64,000 nt of DNA from an uncultured virus (IMG/VR IMGVR_UViG_3300029309_000019) (IMGVR_UViG_3300029309_000019:1-64000), one strand, 5' to 3'. Positions 47,601 to 55,508 are shown, numbered from the stretch's first letter. The notes: generated by a model from the sequence alone, not told the origin. A program made the numbers and translations.

Positions 47601-48263
47601 CAGGACTTTGAAAAGTATTATGATGCTTACTTAGCTTTTGGAGAAGAAGTTGATGGAGAGTTTGTTTTTAAGGATAGAGAAGCTATGTTCTTTTTAGATA
47701 AGTATACGCCTACCGAAAGAAAAGTAGCAAAACTTAGAGATTTACAAAAAGAGATGCCTGCTGATGAGTTTAGAAGTTTTTATCAAAAACTAGATAATAA
47801 CAAACTTTTGTCTAATGATTTAAAGAAATCGTTCAGAAACAAAAAAGGTGTTGTTGAAGATAAGTCTGCTCTTGAAAACATGGAGTATGTGTATGACGAT
47901 TTAATTTTTGGCAAGGGTGATGTTACACCTGAAAACTTTAATTCTAAATTAAAAAAATCTTTTGAGACAGCATTAAAAAATGAATCTAATCCGTTCAAAA
48001 AGAAACAGATAGCTAGCAGATATAAATCATTAATTAAGAAGGCTGCCATACTAAAAGCTGTGGGAGAAAGACCTGCATATTTCTATGATGCTCTGAGCCT
48101 TGAAGAAAACTCACAGACTAGACTTGAGATATTCAAGGAGGCTAGACAACAGCTTTCATCAGAAGAATATAAAGCTTTGTATTTTAATCTAGCAAAAGCT
48201 AAGTTCTTTAAAGACATAGAATTTGCTAGGGGTCAGAAGAATATACACTTAGGTGTTGATTAA
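38694..48263 (+). CDS. Giant internal virion (cargo) polyvalent protein, 3189 aa
   Basis: Helical; zincin-like AD.SS..HELHH...E..A.AWERYL at about 41960-42290; ART-like GYNSVV....E....P...IKS at about 44160-44250. Confidence 0.75.
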   Translation: MEDKLELLYNSYIENGLLSSQTTLEQFSQADSSIQEKLYQSGLDANIISNQTDFSVFSSAFGKKKDDSGADSETQSEVSSADVQEPETIFTPPTEPTDRFFNIQQDQEFLENRQETERIIAEKKEDALNKMKEYLTSDERGVELSELDYRARKLQNEQVGQNTGLEPTTNPSTLSTLDFLNDLGGRKEQKVRLAEDFQEQFGLSRKAALDLFDEAYDYAHVTKTNELGNRLASESNPENKDAAVTSIANSEARNVLKNSILFSDKDVELLDVTLRLNSAIEKGEDKSIIDNLKQTRAKLLEGRDTDDFYKFESGDFEDPEKYKLYQAVIQEEENLKQQYDKSGTPKDFMKRAYNEAALNFYSLKQQGKRYQQELSEARRLDTQVIGGGDKAKDVEKKIKALNEKTYVAESKMLAAARLYGLNEDPETLKENFRYHTDAGLKAFTSGMKGVQSPTVMDSRNFVTSILDEAGIKYDSDVEQALKQTLGEQASQQAGGLSSMLVQFALIDKTLNVAKVPNLIRGLQATKNPIVKSMGYGLRYYVEGEKFQAVGGDFLGGAGFAASQDGLNKLADLVIKNPRAKAIFKAFNLGPSFVVASEVSEVIHAAEKGLFEEGSFKRFEEDIKESYGDIDEVSTRVLLSMGMGYGLGGKKIIKDMRYGMYWRSPEKLRHTAEDLRSKNKNEKGEVREDVEAAAKELEWHATEIENYRKTKETKQEEFEDIVTKNDKSESTLEGQNVKPTAEKIEAERSDLDIMESKIKEEVAKKETKTPEVKPEVKEVAETIELGGRLIDKSAYQDIAVRREAELNKLKEDGKADYSNVTRVNKKYDAEIDALPTVKQKSKTETTETAPETVVETAPKRYDLSYGGKEYKVEFKEGSEKFDIFTPEGTKLTSTEARPIKTAISRQGKAKETTQQFEAAKADFFKEAKTKEDITREKIEADRQEQIRKTQERVETKTEVEPRRELEDIINPGKKEKTTSEIDKIIDTYKKGTETGEPVYVRDVFNRLNEKFDIVGTGKAKQAQDALRRELNPYSREKLEKDVKEKFKATEKESDAIMKIVDGQAGWWKKQTGRNESEFFELVQDVTTAKGRQGRASVTLQENGKRLIKAFEKADVSSISHELHHLIEPYIPSSTKKVIAEWAGQKGYKEGDAWTPQTREMSANAWERYLASRGETLPENAPKDLRQAFDVIKEAFTNIYGNVRESLQKVGVVEPGKKTTEVEAAELTPEIIEIFDQMAGIDNVPGRRKLSTNKLSFKEKAERSVMEAGAKKTPIGVTTSDGRYIGEITKVTTPRARGKSDKTVFTIEGADGQTISKTTRKEAADALVKMDNANTSRIESSVEAPAKQYKFKYNPNSAKSDKLKSVNEAITALETKKLDFKKVEEAIKDIDGADYKQKPLFAKFIEANVKRNAAEKQKLQDAEKIEAEIQFGMEAKEANKQFEKDLEKFDGTIESAPEGTKVVESFQPEASFTQPERAKTPVKTKYNKDVVERVQNTMEYLDIKTPERKTQLKREAIKSMVERLKEIGTKATDAELKKIATDIYKFTKSNVEKLYEVKTGVSEQVLKAITRGAAKNEPWVGRTEALKKDSDKLIRSTAEMLAFKMTDAQYKRFLKGEEIKKTKGNVSSVGTARDRITLKETIEFIEAEIMADRAVFGAMSGVEGIFDARGVGKKIYASITDGQYLSHEASGIIFKWNKATPMAVVPHHHVGATGNFMDMHMSVQGKIKDIAYGDRKMSYDVHNGVAYQNNYRVTNGKGASVQRTHMHMIGMKNMFETGRSKTVWKKAYENGGVEGVTKMMEQMMVESMVGGGTQGTASAFFGKKAGYNSVVARNGNRTEAMITDPHPSYIKSVEIKVGGKNAEAEVARLEKFVHEYFEASGLRTPKITYVTKSSERTISPRRAEIEALSERQYEIFQPESKRKETVENIEKQIPGAYEYIKTLISQKNMMGSYETIARARRVIPEKLLTDTQLEFLHRSGMVELGMAKNYKEATQKDIGQEVVDFTQQAEVVITRKQTKVMEDKLRAYRDGLRRGGINTRKLTRDYKREIEKFIKEDLGIPQSILTRSEVKRMTKKMFEVTSPEQAHRALTEIVAIAEKAKNRELLTQLETLGKKGLKVTKQGSIRKGKATAEAQATFDKMNEMMRSEMTKEQAQDRMSELVDKIETLEPGTKEYKDVANEIEMLGFVGYKSQSNQQLQDLQAKMKRVVEDGRTERQHKDAERSAEKEARVEEFLKILTKGDGVAVTTEGKLDASRIGRTIEQISNLENWMLGWDALIDKVSKFDKSSGMYESALSKFTENVHISEFKENAKQEQYMSEVEVALQDIYKTSGRALNRILRQNTKVQEIGTFEFADGTTRRVVASQNQAYKKVMEWRNPDAKEKLEQNNGYTQEVIDAMEAFLKPEVKQWMEWQLGTFYPKTGQEGLKQAAERYGVMPELQTNYSPLVLKTAVRKTGAELTPEGTVAYTTTGTTKSFMKQRTKHKQEVDMVDGDAILMKHITDMAHYTSWEGTVRDLRSVFYDGRVRRAIQENHGGQILGKINDYIDTFAAGRNLKAQTISAIENARARFVQASIGLNPVVFVKQLTSIPAYVADVGVKKFIDGFTDVLNPTKTKEIFDILMESDFMKARYKKGFDRDMMIAMKEMKLKPKDGITLTDVSFALTKLGDKMAIVAGGWSVYKSAKAEAIAKGKSEAEAHKIALNRFSKASKRAQQAGGIADLSMFQQGGTFARLMTMFKTAPNQYFRLWGGSIRSLAYGRGNKKKALRTFALTQFALPMFFQAAANGFNIYDEDADLESTFDYLDPRNLSKEQKRAAGLGVFNGVFLAGDIIDNLSRHVYLGQSFDYGTTPLQSTVKEMKRVIDFAEKLDYENMSAEEISEAIDLTLNVVGKATGVPYQPARRTYEGAKAYIDGKTDDERRLLGWSTFMLGTSEEKEYADKIISEGILTKKEAMESYKQKFEIGGSRDDKKALQDFEKYYDAYLAFGEEVDGEFVFKDREAMFFLDKYTPTERKVAKLRDLQKEMPADEFRSFYQKLDNNKLLSNDLKKSFRNKKGVVEDKSALENMEYVYDDLIFGKGDVTPENFNSKLKKSFETALKNESNPFKKKQIASRYKSLIKKAAILKAVGERPAYFYDALSLEENSQTRLEIFKEARQQLSSEEYKALYFNLAKAKFFKDIEFARGQKNIHLGVD

Positions 48264-48286
48264 AATCATTAAAATTCGTATATTTG
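48255..48286 (+). promoter_or_regulatory. Bacteroidota primary-sigma promoter
   Basis: GTTG-N20-TATATTTG upstream of the ATG at 48305. Confidence 0.7.
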
Positions 48287-48304
48287 TAACTTAAATTAAA
48301 AAAA

Positions 48305-49042
48305 ATGAATAAAAAATTTGATTTATCATTAGGACTTGGAGGCCCAACTCTACTAATGTCAGATGGAGATAGAGCTACTGGAATAAACGGTTATGCTCTT
48401 CAAGCGTTGGAAGATTGTGTGTTTAGTGAAATTGTACTAGACCAAACTACTACAATTCCTTTAGAAAAAAAATTAACTATTACAAAGATAACTAATGCTA
48501 GTAATGAGTTTGAATTATCAGCTGATGATATAGCATTACTATCTGTTGGTGATAAGATATATTACAATCATGGTGGAGTTGACCTTCCTGAAGGAACAGT
48601 TCAAGATGGTGAAGGACGAGCAACAGAATTAAAAGATAAAAGTATATATTTTGTAGCGTCTATTGATACTGCAACTAACGAAATAACTATTGAAGAAAGC
48701 GTAGGCATTGGAGCTATCACGTTAGATGATGATGGTACTTTGTACGGATTAGATACGTATTTTGCTAGAATACCTGAGCCTTATCAAAAAAACAATCCTC
48801 ATGGAGAGTTTTCAAGAAATGCTAGTGGTGCTAATGATAGAACTCACCACATTGTTGGAGCTACAGACGGTCGTATATTTACCACATATGATGATGGAGG
48901 TGTTCAGGTAAATATGTTTGACACAACTGGTGGAGCTAATGTTGGAGACGTAACAATACCAAGAGGTATGACTGTATATCTTCCTATTACAAGTATTTTA
49001 TTAACCACAGGAGCATGTATAGTTTATACTAAAGGTATGTAA
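48305..49042 (+). CDS. Putative structural protein (245 aa)
   Basis: Beta-rich; C-terminal TIP.GMT.Y....SI.L.TG..I.Y motif. Confidence 0.75.
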   Translation: MNKKFDLSLGLGGPTLLMSDGDRATGINGYALQALEDCVFSEIVLDQTTTIPLEKKLTITKITNASNEFELSADDIALLSVGDKIYYNHGGVDLPEGTVQDGEGRATELKDKSIYFVASIDTATNEITIEESVGIGAITLDDDGTLYGLDTYFARIPEPYQKNNPHGEFSRNASGANDRTHHIVGATDGRIFTTYDDGGVQVNMFDTTGGANVGDVTIPRGMTVYLPITSILLTTGACIVYTKGM

Positions 49043-49044
49043 TT

Positions 49045-49296
49045 ATGGCTGGAAGTTTAGGTTTAGGAACAAATTTATTACATCAGACTCATCTTGAGTA
49101 TACAACTATTTCTGGATATTTATGGGAGTTGTCGGGTACTGACCTGATGCCTTTTCCTACTGGCTCTGTAACTGATTATAATTTAGCTTGGGATTTAGAT
49201 GGCACTGATTATATGCCTCAATCATCTTTGAGTTTTTCTGGCACTGAAGGTAACTGGGAAGAAGTAAGTGGAGAACTAGCTCCAATAGAAGTATAA
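49045..49296 (+). CDS. Small structural protein with W(E/D)L.GTD.MP repeats (83 aa)
   Basis: LGLG..L start; three W..xG.(D/E)..P units. Confidence 0.75.
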   Translation: MAGSLGLGTNLLHQTHLEYTTISGYLWELSGTDLMPFPTGSVTDYNLAWDLDGTDYMPQSSLSFSGTEGNWEEVSGELAPIEV

Positions 49297-49315
49297 TAAA
49301 TAAAAATAAAATAAA

Positions 49316-50191
49316 ATGGCAACACCAAATATAGTACCAAGAGCAAATAACGAAGGAGAATTAGGTACAACTAGTAAAGCTTGGGCTAAAAGCACCGTTG
49401 GAACATCTGCGCAAGTAGGAACTAACGCAGCTCAAAATTTAGTTTTACAGGCAGGTAGAATTACATTTACTCCATCTACTGGTGATACTGTAACTTTAGC
49501 AGCTGCAACTAACGGAGCTTTAAGTATAGCTACAGATGATGCAGCAGCAGATAATGCCGACTTAGATTTACTTATTGATGGTAACATAACTTATAATTCT
49601 TCTTCTGGAGTTCATGAGTTTAAACACGCTTCAACTACTTTAGGAGCTATAAAAGGTAATTTTTCTCAGTTTAATACAATAGAATATGTTAGAGTTTTAG
49701 GATATACATCAGGAACAGCTAGTACAAATGTATTCGGGCCAGACATTTCTCAGGGCTCAACTTCTCACATATGGGCAGACTCTCTTTTTGCTGATGGGGG
49801 TGCGGTACAAGTATCATCACCCGATAAAGCTATACAAGCAGCTCAGTTAGTTGCTGGTAGAGGTGGATATATAAATAATATACATGGCTGGATTTCTGGT
49901 ACTAACGGTAAAACAGCTACTTTTAGAGTATTCAAAGCTACGCCTACTGATGATGGTGCAGGAACTTTAGCTATGACAGAGCTCGGTCAAGCTAACGGTG
50001 TAGATGTAGCCTTAGACGGAACAGGTGAGTCTACTAGAGTAGATTATAACTCTGTAGCAAGTTCTGACCTTGGCAGTACGGCTACGTTTTCTGCTAACGA
50101 CTTAATAGTTGTGGGTCTTCAAAGTGACAGCGCTGGAATGGTTTCCAGATTTGCTTTAACTATGGAGGTTGTATACACAGAAATAATCTAA
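49316..50191 (+). CDS. Tail fibre / receptor-binding protein (291 aa)
   Basis: MAT.NIVPRA.NEG.LGT..K.W fibre N-terminus; beta-sandwich-like C-terminus. Confidence 0.65.
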   Translation: MATPNIVPRANNEGELGTTSKAWAKSTVGTSAQVGTNAAQNLVLQAGRITFTPSTGDTVTLAAATNGALSIATDDAAADNADLDLLIDGNITYNSSSGVHEFKHASTTLGAIKGNFSQFNTIEYVRVLGYTSGTASTNVFGPDISQGSTSHIWADSLFADGGAVQVSSPDKAIQAAQLVAGRGGYINNIHGWISGTNGKTATFRVFKATPTDDGAGTLAMTELGQANGVDVALDGTGESTRVDYNSVASSDLGSTATFSANDLIVVGLQSDSAGMVSRFALTMEVVYTEII

Positions 50192-50198
50192 TAGTAGC

Positions 50199-51233
50199 AT
50201 GAAAAAAATAGCTTACTTATTATTATTTTTTTTGTTATCGCTATCTGCGACAGCACAGTTTAAGAAAGCTATAAAATTTTCTACATTCTATGTGGCTGCT
50301 AATGGGGGTACATCTTTATCAGATAGAGAGGTGTACTCTGTTAATAGTAGCACACTATTATACGACACAATTATTACACCATACGATTACTCATTAGCTA
50401 TGGGTATACGTAAAATACAGAGGTTTCAATATGAACCTCAACTACCATTTAAAGATGGTACAGAATCCTCTTTTTCTGATGCGGCTAACATAGGCAGAAA
50501 TCCTTTTGAGTATTTATTTCAAATAGAATATAAAAGACAAGAGGGGATAGAATACTTAGACCAACATCATTTTATAAGATACATTAGACCAAAATGGTTT
50601 ACAAAAGCTGAGTATATTAAAGATGGTTTTGCAGACATAGAATACTTTGAAGGCACACATAGACTAAGATTGAATGGTAGCAAAAAGTTATCATTCAATA
50701 TAGGTGCTGTGCAAAGGCTAGCAGAACCATATGGCTATGACCCGCTAGAAGAGTGGACAATGACTACTGGTGATATACACTATACACAGCTAGCTATTGA
50801 AGAAGGATATAGTATAGATGTGTATGAATCTGAATATAGAGCGCCAAGCGGTGCTATTGTAGCAACTAGTTCTGAAGTATGGAATGAAGTTGTTATGCCA
50901 CAAGTATTAGAAGACTATGTGTCTAATAAAAGAGGACAGTTAGCTAATCAGTGGCAACACTCACTAGTTATAGGATTTGATTTCTATCACTACAAGAAAA
51001 ACTTTTGGTTACACTCCTGGGGTAACCTAATGCCTTATCACTATGATGATGATAGTGAATACTCTTATCATAATTTTAATGACGAAGAACAATGGTATGA
51101 TTACTCAGGTGGTATTATATTTGGATTGAAAGCAACTAAAAGTTTGGGTTGTTTTATAGAAGGAAAATACAATAAGTACTGGAATAAAGAATGGTACGGA
51201 TTTAAATTAGGAATTAACTACGTTATACTTTAA
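50199..51233 (+). CDS. Secreted outer-membrane beta-barrel-like protein (344 aa)
   Basis: Sec signal ending ...SATAQ (Bacteroidota Q+1 pattern); aromatic amphipathic strands; terminal FKLGINYVIL. Confidence 0.65.
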   Translation: MKKIAYLLLFFLLSLSATAQFKKAIKFSTFYVAANGGTSLSDREVYSVNSSTLLYDTIITPYDYSLAMGIRKIQRFQYEPQLPFKDGTESSFSDAANIGRNPFEYLFQIEYKRQEGIEYLDQHHFIRYIRPKWFTKAEYIKDGFADIEYFEGTHRLRLNGSKKLSFNIGAVQRLAEPYGYDPLEEWTMTTGDIHYTQLAIEEGYSIDVYESEYRAPSGAIVATSSEVWNEVVMPQVLEDYVSNKRGQLANQWQHSLVIGFDFYHYKKNFWLHSWGNLMPYHYDDDSEYSYHNFNDEEQWYDYSGGIIFGLKATKSLGCFIEGKYNKYWNKEWYGFKLGINYVIL

Positions 51234-51236
51234 AAG

Positions 51237-51323
51237 ATGAAAAAAATTTGTAACTTAATTAAAATGTTAACTTTTGGAAAAGTGTGTTTAGGACACTGCT
51301 GTTCTAGTAACTGTGAGAGATAA
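51237..51323 (+). CDS. Cys-rich micropeptide (28 aa)
   Basis: MKKICNLIKMLTFGKVCLGHCCSSNCER*; fills the gap, TAATG-coupled to the next gene. Confidence 0.6.
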   Translation: MKKICNLIKMLTFGKVCLGHCCSSNCER

Positions 51324-51601
51324 TGGCAACTGAGATAAGCAAAGAAACAAAACTAAAATTAAGTTTAGAAACTATAATAGCTATAGGTTTTGTGTTAGTA
51401 ACAATGACTGGTATGTGGTTTACATTGAAAGCTGAAATACAAGAGGCAAAAGAATTACCTGAGCCACCACCAGCAGAAGTTACACGAATGGAGTTTGATA
51501 TGAAAGACCAGCTTGTGCGTCAAACAATAATGACTACACAAGAGGATGTGAAAGAAATCAAGGAGACACTAGAAAAAATAGAACGAAAGATTTATCAATA
51601 A
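51323..51601 (+). CDS. Single-TM plus coiled-coil protein (92 aa)
   Basis: TM helix, Pro linker, C-terminal coiled coil. Confidence 0.8.
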   Translation: MATEISKETKLKLSLETIIAIGFVLVTMTGMWFTLKAEIQEAKELPEPPPAEVTRMEFDMKDQLVRQTIMTTQEDVKEIKETLEKIERKIYQ

Positions 51602-51939
51602 TGTGGAAATACTTTGGAACCTATTTATTAGTATTATTTTTCTTGGCTCTCTCGCATATTGCTTCATGTCAGGTGACAGCGATTCATTTTAACGCTGGCT
51701 TTAACGCTCATAATGATGTTGAGTGGTTTGATGAGTTAGTGGATTGTGAAAAAGAAAGCAAGACCATTGATGGTAATGACAATCAAAAAAAGTACACGAT
51801 AGCAGTTGTACCTACTATAATTGTGTTTGATGAAGGAGAAGAGGTGAAAAGATTTCAAGCAGACCTAAGTTTTAAAATGGTAGCTACTGAAAAAGATGTG
51901 CAGGATTATATTGATGAATTAATAATGAGTAAATTTTAA
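51601..51939 (+). CDS. Secreted thioredoxin-fold protein lacking CxxC (112 aa)
   Basis: Signal peptide; ..HFNA.FN and KY.I..VPTIIVF..GEEV.RF, the cis-Pro thioredoxin pattern. Confidence 0.65.
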   Translation: MWKYFGTYLLVLFFLALSHIASCQVTAIHFNAGFNAHNDVEWFDELVDCEKESKTIDGNDNQKKYTIAVVPTIIVFDEGEEVKRFQADLSFKMVATEKDVQDYIDELIMSKF

Positions 51940-53795
51940 TGAACAACTTTACTAAATTTTTATACGCTTTTATAATATTTATAGTATTTACTATTTCTAT
52001 TTCTTTTGGACAATGCCCTCCAAGTACATGGAGTTTAAATGTAACTATAAATCCTGACCAGTATCCAGAAGAGACATCATTTTATGTTTTGAACTTAGGT
52101 GGTGACACTATTTTTCAAGGGGGCCCTTTTGAAAATATAGTAGATTATCAACCTCAATATATTAGCTCCTGTGTACCAATAGATAGTTTTATATTAGTTT
52201 TAAAAGATGAATATGGTGATGGTATGGCTGGTAGTTTATGGGGCGGTAATGATGGCTCTGTATACATAGAACAATGTGGCGATACAATTTGGCAACTAGA
52301 CACACCAGACTTTGGTTATGAAATATACGATACAATATATACTTCTGGATGCCCTCCTCCCGCACCAATATATGGTTGCATGGATGAAAACTTTTTAGAG
52401 TTTTTACCAGTGGCAACAGTTGATACTGGTATGTGTGTTACACCAAAACTATTTGGTTGCACTGATTCACTAGCTTTTAACTACGATTCTACAGCTAATA
52501 TAGATGAATATATAGATAGCTGTGCACATGAACTAGAATTAACCGACCTAGCTGGAAATGGTTGGGCTGGTTCTACACTGAAATTATATCAAGCAACAAA
52601 CATAGTACCTCCGTTTAATTATGAAGATATTGGTACATACACATTAATAGATGGTTTTGATACGACTTTCTTTATAAACCTAGCAGCAGATTATCCTGTC
52701 AAAGCAGTATTTGAAATTACACAACAATCAGACTTCACAGCAGTACAATGTGGATTTAGCTTGTACTCTGAAGATTATGTAGCTATAGATATAGAAGGTG
52801 GATTTGTAAATCCTATACCACCATTCTTGCCAATCATGGCAGAACCATACTGTGGTAACACTTGTATAGAAAGAACATATGGCTGTATAGACAGCTTAGC
52901 AGTAAATTATAACGACACAGTAAATACAGATGATGAAACTTGCTATTATAATCCAGGGTGTACTAATCCAATTTATTTGGAGTACAATGCGCTTTATGAC
53001 TACGATGATGGTTCGTGTGCTACGTTGGTTGCATACGGATGCATGGACTCAACTGCATTTAATTACGACCCTTTGGCTAACGTGGAGCTACCTGGCTCTT
53101 GTATTGCTGTCGTAGAGGGCTGTATGGACGATGGTGCATTTAATTACAATATAAACGCTAATGTTGATGACGGAAGCTGTATACCTCTTATATTTGGCTG
53201 TATAGAGCCGTCTGCATTTAATTACTGTGATACATGTAATACAGACAATGGTAGCTGTATAGACGTTGTAAATGGCTGTATGGACAGTTTAGCACTAAAC
53301 TACAATCCTTTAGCAAATGTAGATAATGGTTCTTGTATATTACCATTGGCGGGCTGCACTGATGTAACTGCAGTTAATTATAATGTTAATGCTAACATAC
53401 CTGACAGTAGCTGTTACTATGAGTCTGGTTGTTATGCTACAGTACCGTATTACATTCCTAATGCTTGTTTTGAATGGGTTATAGATATAGACCCTTATTG
53501 TTGTGATGACAGTTGGGATAACACATGTTATGACTTATATAATTATTGCCAAGATGGATGGTCGGGGCCAGTAAGCGTTGACATGTATAAGAGAACTAAA
53601 TATATACCTTATCCAAACCCAACAAGAGACTACGTAAACTTTACTGAATTAGTAGATGTATTGGTTATAGATAATTTAGGTAAGAACCATAAGTTATATA
53701 AGAATACTAAAAGAATAAAATTAGATAAAGGAATAAACTATATAAAAGTTTCAAACAATAAATTAAGTTTTACTACTATAATAATTGTACAGTAG
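51939..53795 (+). CDS. Secreted Cys-repeat protein with T9SS type-A-like C-terminal sorting domain (618 aa)
   Basis: Signal peptide ending SFGQ; D.YP.E.S and D.YGDG motifs; nine GC.D..A.NY repeats; terminal PYPNPTRDYVNF...D.LG...L.KG...IKV...IIVQ. Confidence 0.7.
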   Translation: MNNFTKFLYAFIIFIVFTISISFGQCPPSTWSLNVTINPDQYPEETSFYVLNLGGDTIFQGGPFENIVDYQPQYISSCVPIDSFILVLKDEYGDGMAGSLWGGNDGSVYIEQCGDTIWQLDTPDFGYEIYDTIYTSGCPPPAPIYGCMDENFLEFLPVATVDTGMCVTPKLFGCTDSLAFNYDSTANIDEYIDSCAHELELTDLAGNGWAGSTLKLYQATNIVPPFNYEDIGTYTLIDGFDTTFFINLAADYPVKAVFEITQQSDFTAVQCGFSLYSEDYVAIDIEGGFVNPIPPFLPIMAEPYCGNTCIERTYGCIDSLAVNYNDTVNTDDETCYYNPGCTNPIYLEYNALYDYDDGSCATLVAYGCMDSTAFNYDPLANVELPGSCIAVVEGCMDDGAFNYNINANVDDGSCIPLIFGCIEPSAFNYCDTCNTDNGSCIDVVNGCMDSLALNYNPLANVDNGSCILPLAGCTDVTAVNYNVNANIPDSSCYYESGCYATVPYYIPNACFEWVIDIDPYCCDDSWDNTCYDLYNYCQDGWSGPVSVDMYKRTKYIPYPNPTRDYVNFTELVDVLVIDNLGKNHKLYKNTKRIKLDKGINYIKVSNNKLSFTTIIIVQ

Positions 53796-53798
53796 AAG

Positions 53799-54122
53799 AT
53801 GAGTAAAAGTAAATACTATTATGATTACACAAGAAATATGAGTAACGAACAAATACAAAAAATTTGCACAGAAGAATGTGATTGTGTGGAAAATAAAAAT
53901 AAATTAATTGACATATTCAAAGATGACAATAATTATAATGAAAAATCTATTGTAGGATTTATAGCATTTGCTATCATGATTTTTGTTATATTTGTAGATG
54001 TGATTACTGGTTTCTTTGGAAAGGACTTAGTTATAAAAGAATTTGTATATAATTCATTTGTGGTTATAGTTTTAGGTTCTTTTGGAATCAGTGGAGTAGA
54101 AAAAATATTTAATAAAAAATAA
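53799..54122 (+). CDS. Putative holin (2 TM)
   Basis: NEKSIVGF plus TM1, TM2 ending LGSFGI..VEK, basic C-terminus; near the lysin. Confidence 0.6.
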   Translation: MSKSKYYYDYTRNMSNEQIQKICTEECDCVENKNKLIDIFKDDNNYNEKSIVGFIAFAIMIFVIFVDVITGFFGKDLVIKEFVYNSFVVIVLGSFGISGVEKIFNKK

Positions 54123-54123
54123 A

Positions 54124-54531
54124 ATGGCAAAATTAAATGTATCTTTGACATTAACTTCTACAGATATACTACCTGGAGAATTAAGCTTTACAGAGACAGA
54201 TGAAATCACTGTTACTGGTGTAACTAGTGGATTTGGTACTACTGATGCTCCTGTATCAGGTGGTTCAATAACTCACATAAACTCTGTATCTTTTGCTGGT
54301 ACGAATAAGAAAGCTTATATTTATCTAAAGCATACAGGATTAAAAGGAGATGGTACTACAACCTCAACTGACAACTTAAATGTTTATGATGATGATGATA
54401 AAGCTATCGCTATCTTAGCTCCAGGTGAGTTTTTGTTTTTACCAGTTCAGGATAATAATGACGTTGCTGTTCGTTCAGCTAGTGGTTCTAACACTATTCA
54501 GGTAGAGTTCTTTTTTGTTGAAGCAGACTAA
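54124..54531 (+). CDS. Small beta-sandwich structural-like protein (135 aa)
   Basis: Y.YLKHTG, LAPGEF.FLP and EFFFVEA motifs; paralog of the next gene. Confidence 0.8.
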   Translation: MAKLNVSLTLTSTDILPGELSFTETDEITVTGVTSGFGTTDAPVSGGSITHINSVSFAGTNKKAYIYLKHTGLKGDGTTTSTDNLNVYDDDDKAIAILAPGEFLFLPVQDNNDVAVRSASGSNTIQVEFFFVEAD

Positions 54532-54544
54532 TTAAAATAATAAA

Positions 54545-54985
54545 ATGGCAAAATTTTCGGTAAATTTATCAATAAGAAGCACAGAGCTTTTTTCTAATCA
54601 AGATGTTGTTATATCTGAAAGCGACACTCTTACTGCTGGTGGAGACGTTGTTGGATATGGTAAACTTGTTGTACCTTCTGGTAATGCGCATGGCTCAGCA
54701 ATACCAGTAAACGTTGCAGATAGTTTTTCAGCTAAATCTTACGTATATCTAAAACACACAGGATTTGATGGTGATGGCTCTACAGCTACATCTCTTAATA
54801 TTCTTGTATTCAATAGCGCTAGTACAAAAATTCAGTTTGCTACATTAGCTCCAGGTGAGTTCATGATTCTTCCTTATATAGGAGGTGGAGACTTTACAGA
54901 CATCAATGTTTGTACATCTGACGCTTCTGGTTCAGCTACTACTGACCAAGCAACACTTGAGTACTTCTTTGTAGAAGCAGCGTAG
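54545..54985 (+). CDS. Small beta-sandwich structural-like protein (146 aa)
   Basis: YVYLKHTG, LAPGEFMILP, EYFFVEA. Confidence 0.8.
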   Translation: MAKFSVNLSIRSTELFSNQDVVISESDTLTAGGDVVGYGKLVVPSGNAHGSAIPVNVADSFSAKSYVYLKHTGFDGDGSTATSLNILVFNSASTKIQFATLAPGEFMILPYIGGGDFTDINVCTSDASGSATTDQATLEYFFVEAA

Positions 54986-54986
54986 T

Positions 54987-55457
54987 ATGGAGCTTGAGGT
55001 ATTAAGATTTAGCTCTCAGTCAGATTGTACTAACGGTTTACTTTTTGAAGTAACAGATTTAGGTAAAAGATTTTTGTGCTATACTTTGGAGGATGAACAT
55101 AGAGCTTCCAAGGTTAAGGGAGAGACAAGAATACCAGAAGGTAGATATGAAATCAAACTTCGTAAGGAAGGTGGTTTTCATTCTCGTTACGAGAAAAAAT
55201 ATGCAGGAATGCATAAAGGTATGTTACATGTTCAGGATGTTCCAGGGTTTGAATGGATACTAATCCACACAGGTAACACTGATGAACATACCGCAGGATG
55301 TTTGCTTGTTGCTGATACACAACAAAATAACATCATTGTAAAAGATGGATTTATTGGTCAATCAGTAAATGCATACAAAAGAATATATCCTCCTATAGCT
55401 GAGGCTATAGAAAATAATGAGGATGTCTATATAACGTATATAGACTACGATTTGTAA
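54987..55457 (+). CDS. DUF5675-family protein, probable endolysin
   Basis: T.G.L....CYTLE....GET.IP.G.Y...DVPGF..ILIH.GN....T.GCLLV...S..AY signature. Confidence 0.8.
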   Translation: MELEVLRFSSQSDCTNGLLFEVTDLGKRFLCYTLEDEHRASKVKGETRIPEGRYEIKLRKEGGFHSRYEKKYAGMHKGMLHVQDVPGFEWILIHTGNTDEHTAGCLLVADTQQNNIIVKDGFIGQSVNAYKRIYPPIAEAIENNEDVYITYIDYDL

Positions 55458-55508
55458 GATAACTTTCCTCCGTGTTATTCAACATGGTTTGTTTTGTTGT
55501 TTGATGAG

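Noticed and set aside
39350..48049. Many minus-strand ORFs inside the 3189-aa gene, and similar antisense ORFs elsewhere
   Set aside because: Ser/Leu/Phe-rich shadow frames produced by codon bias of the real gene on the opposite strand.
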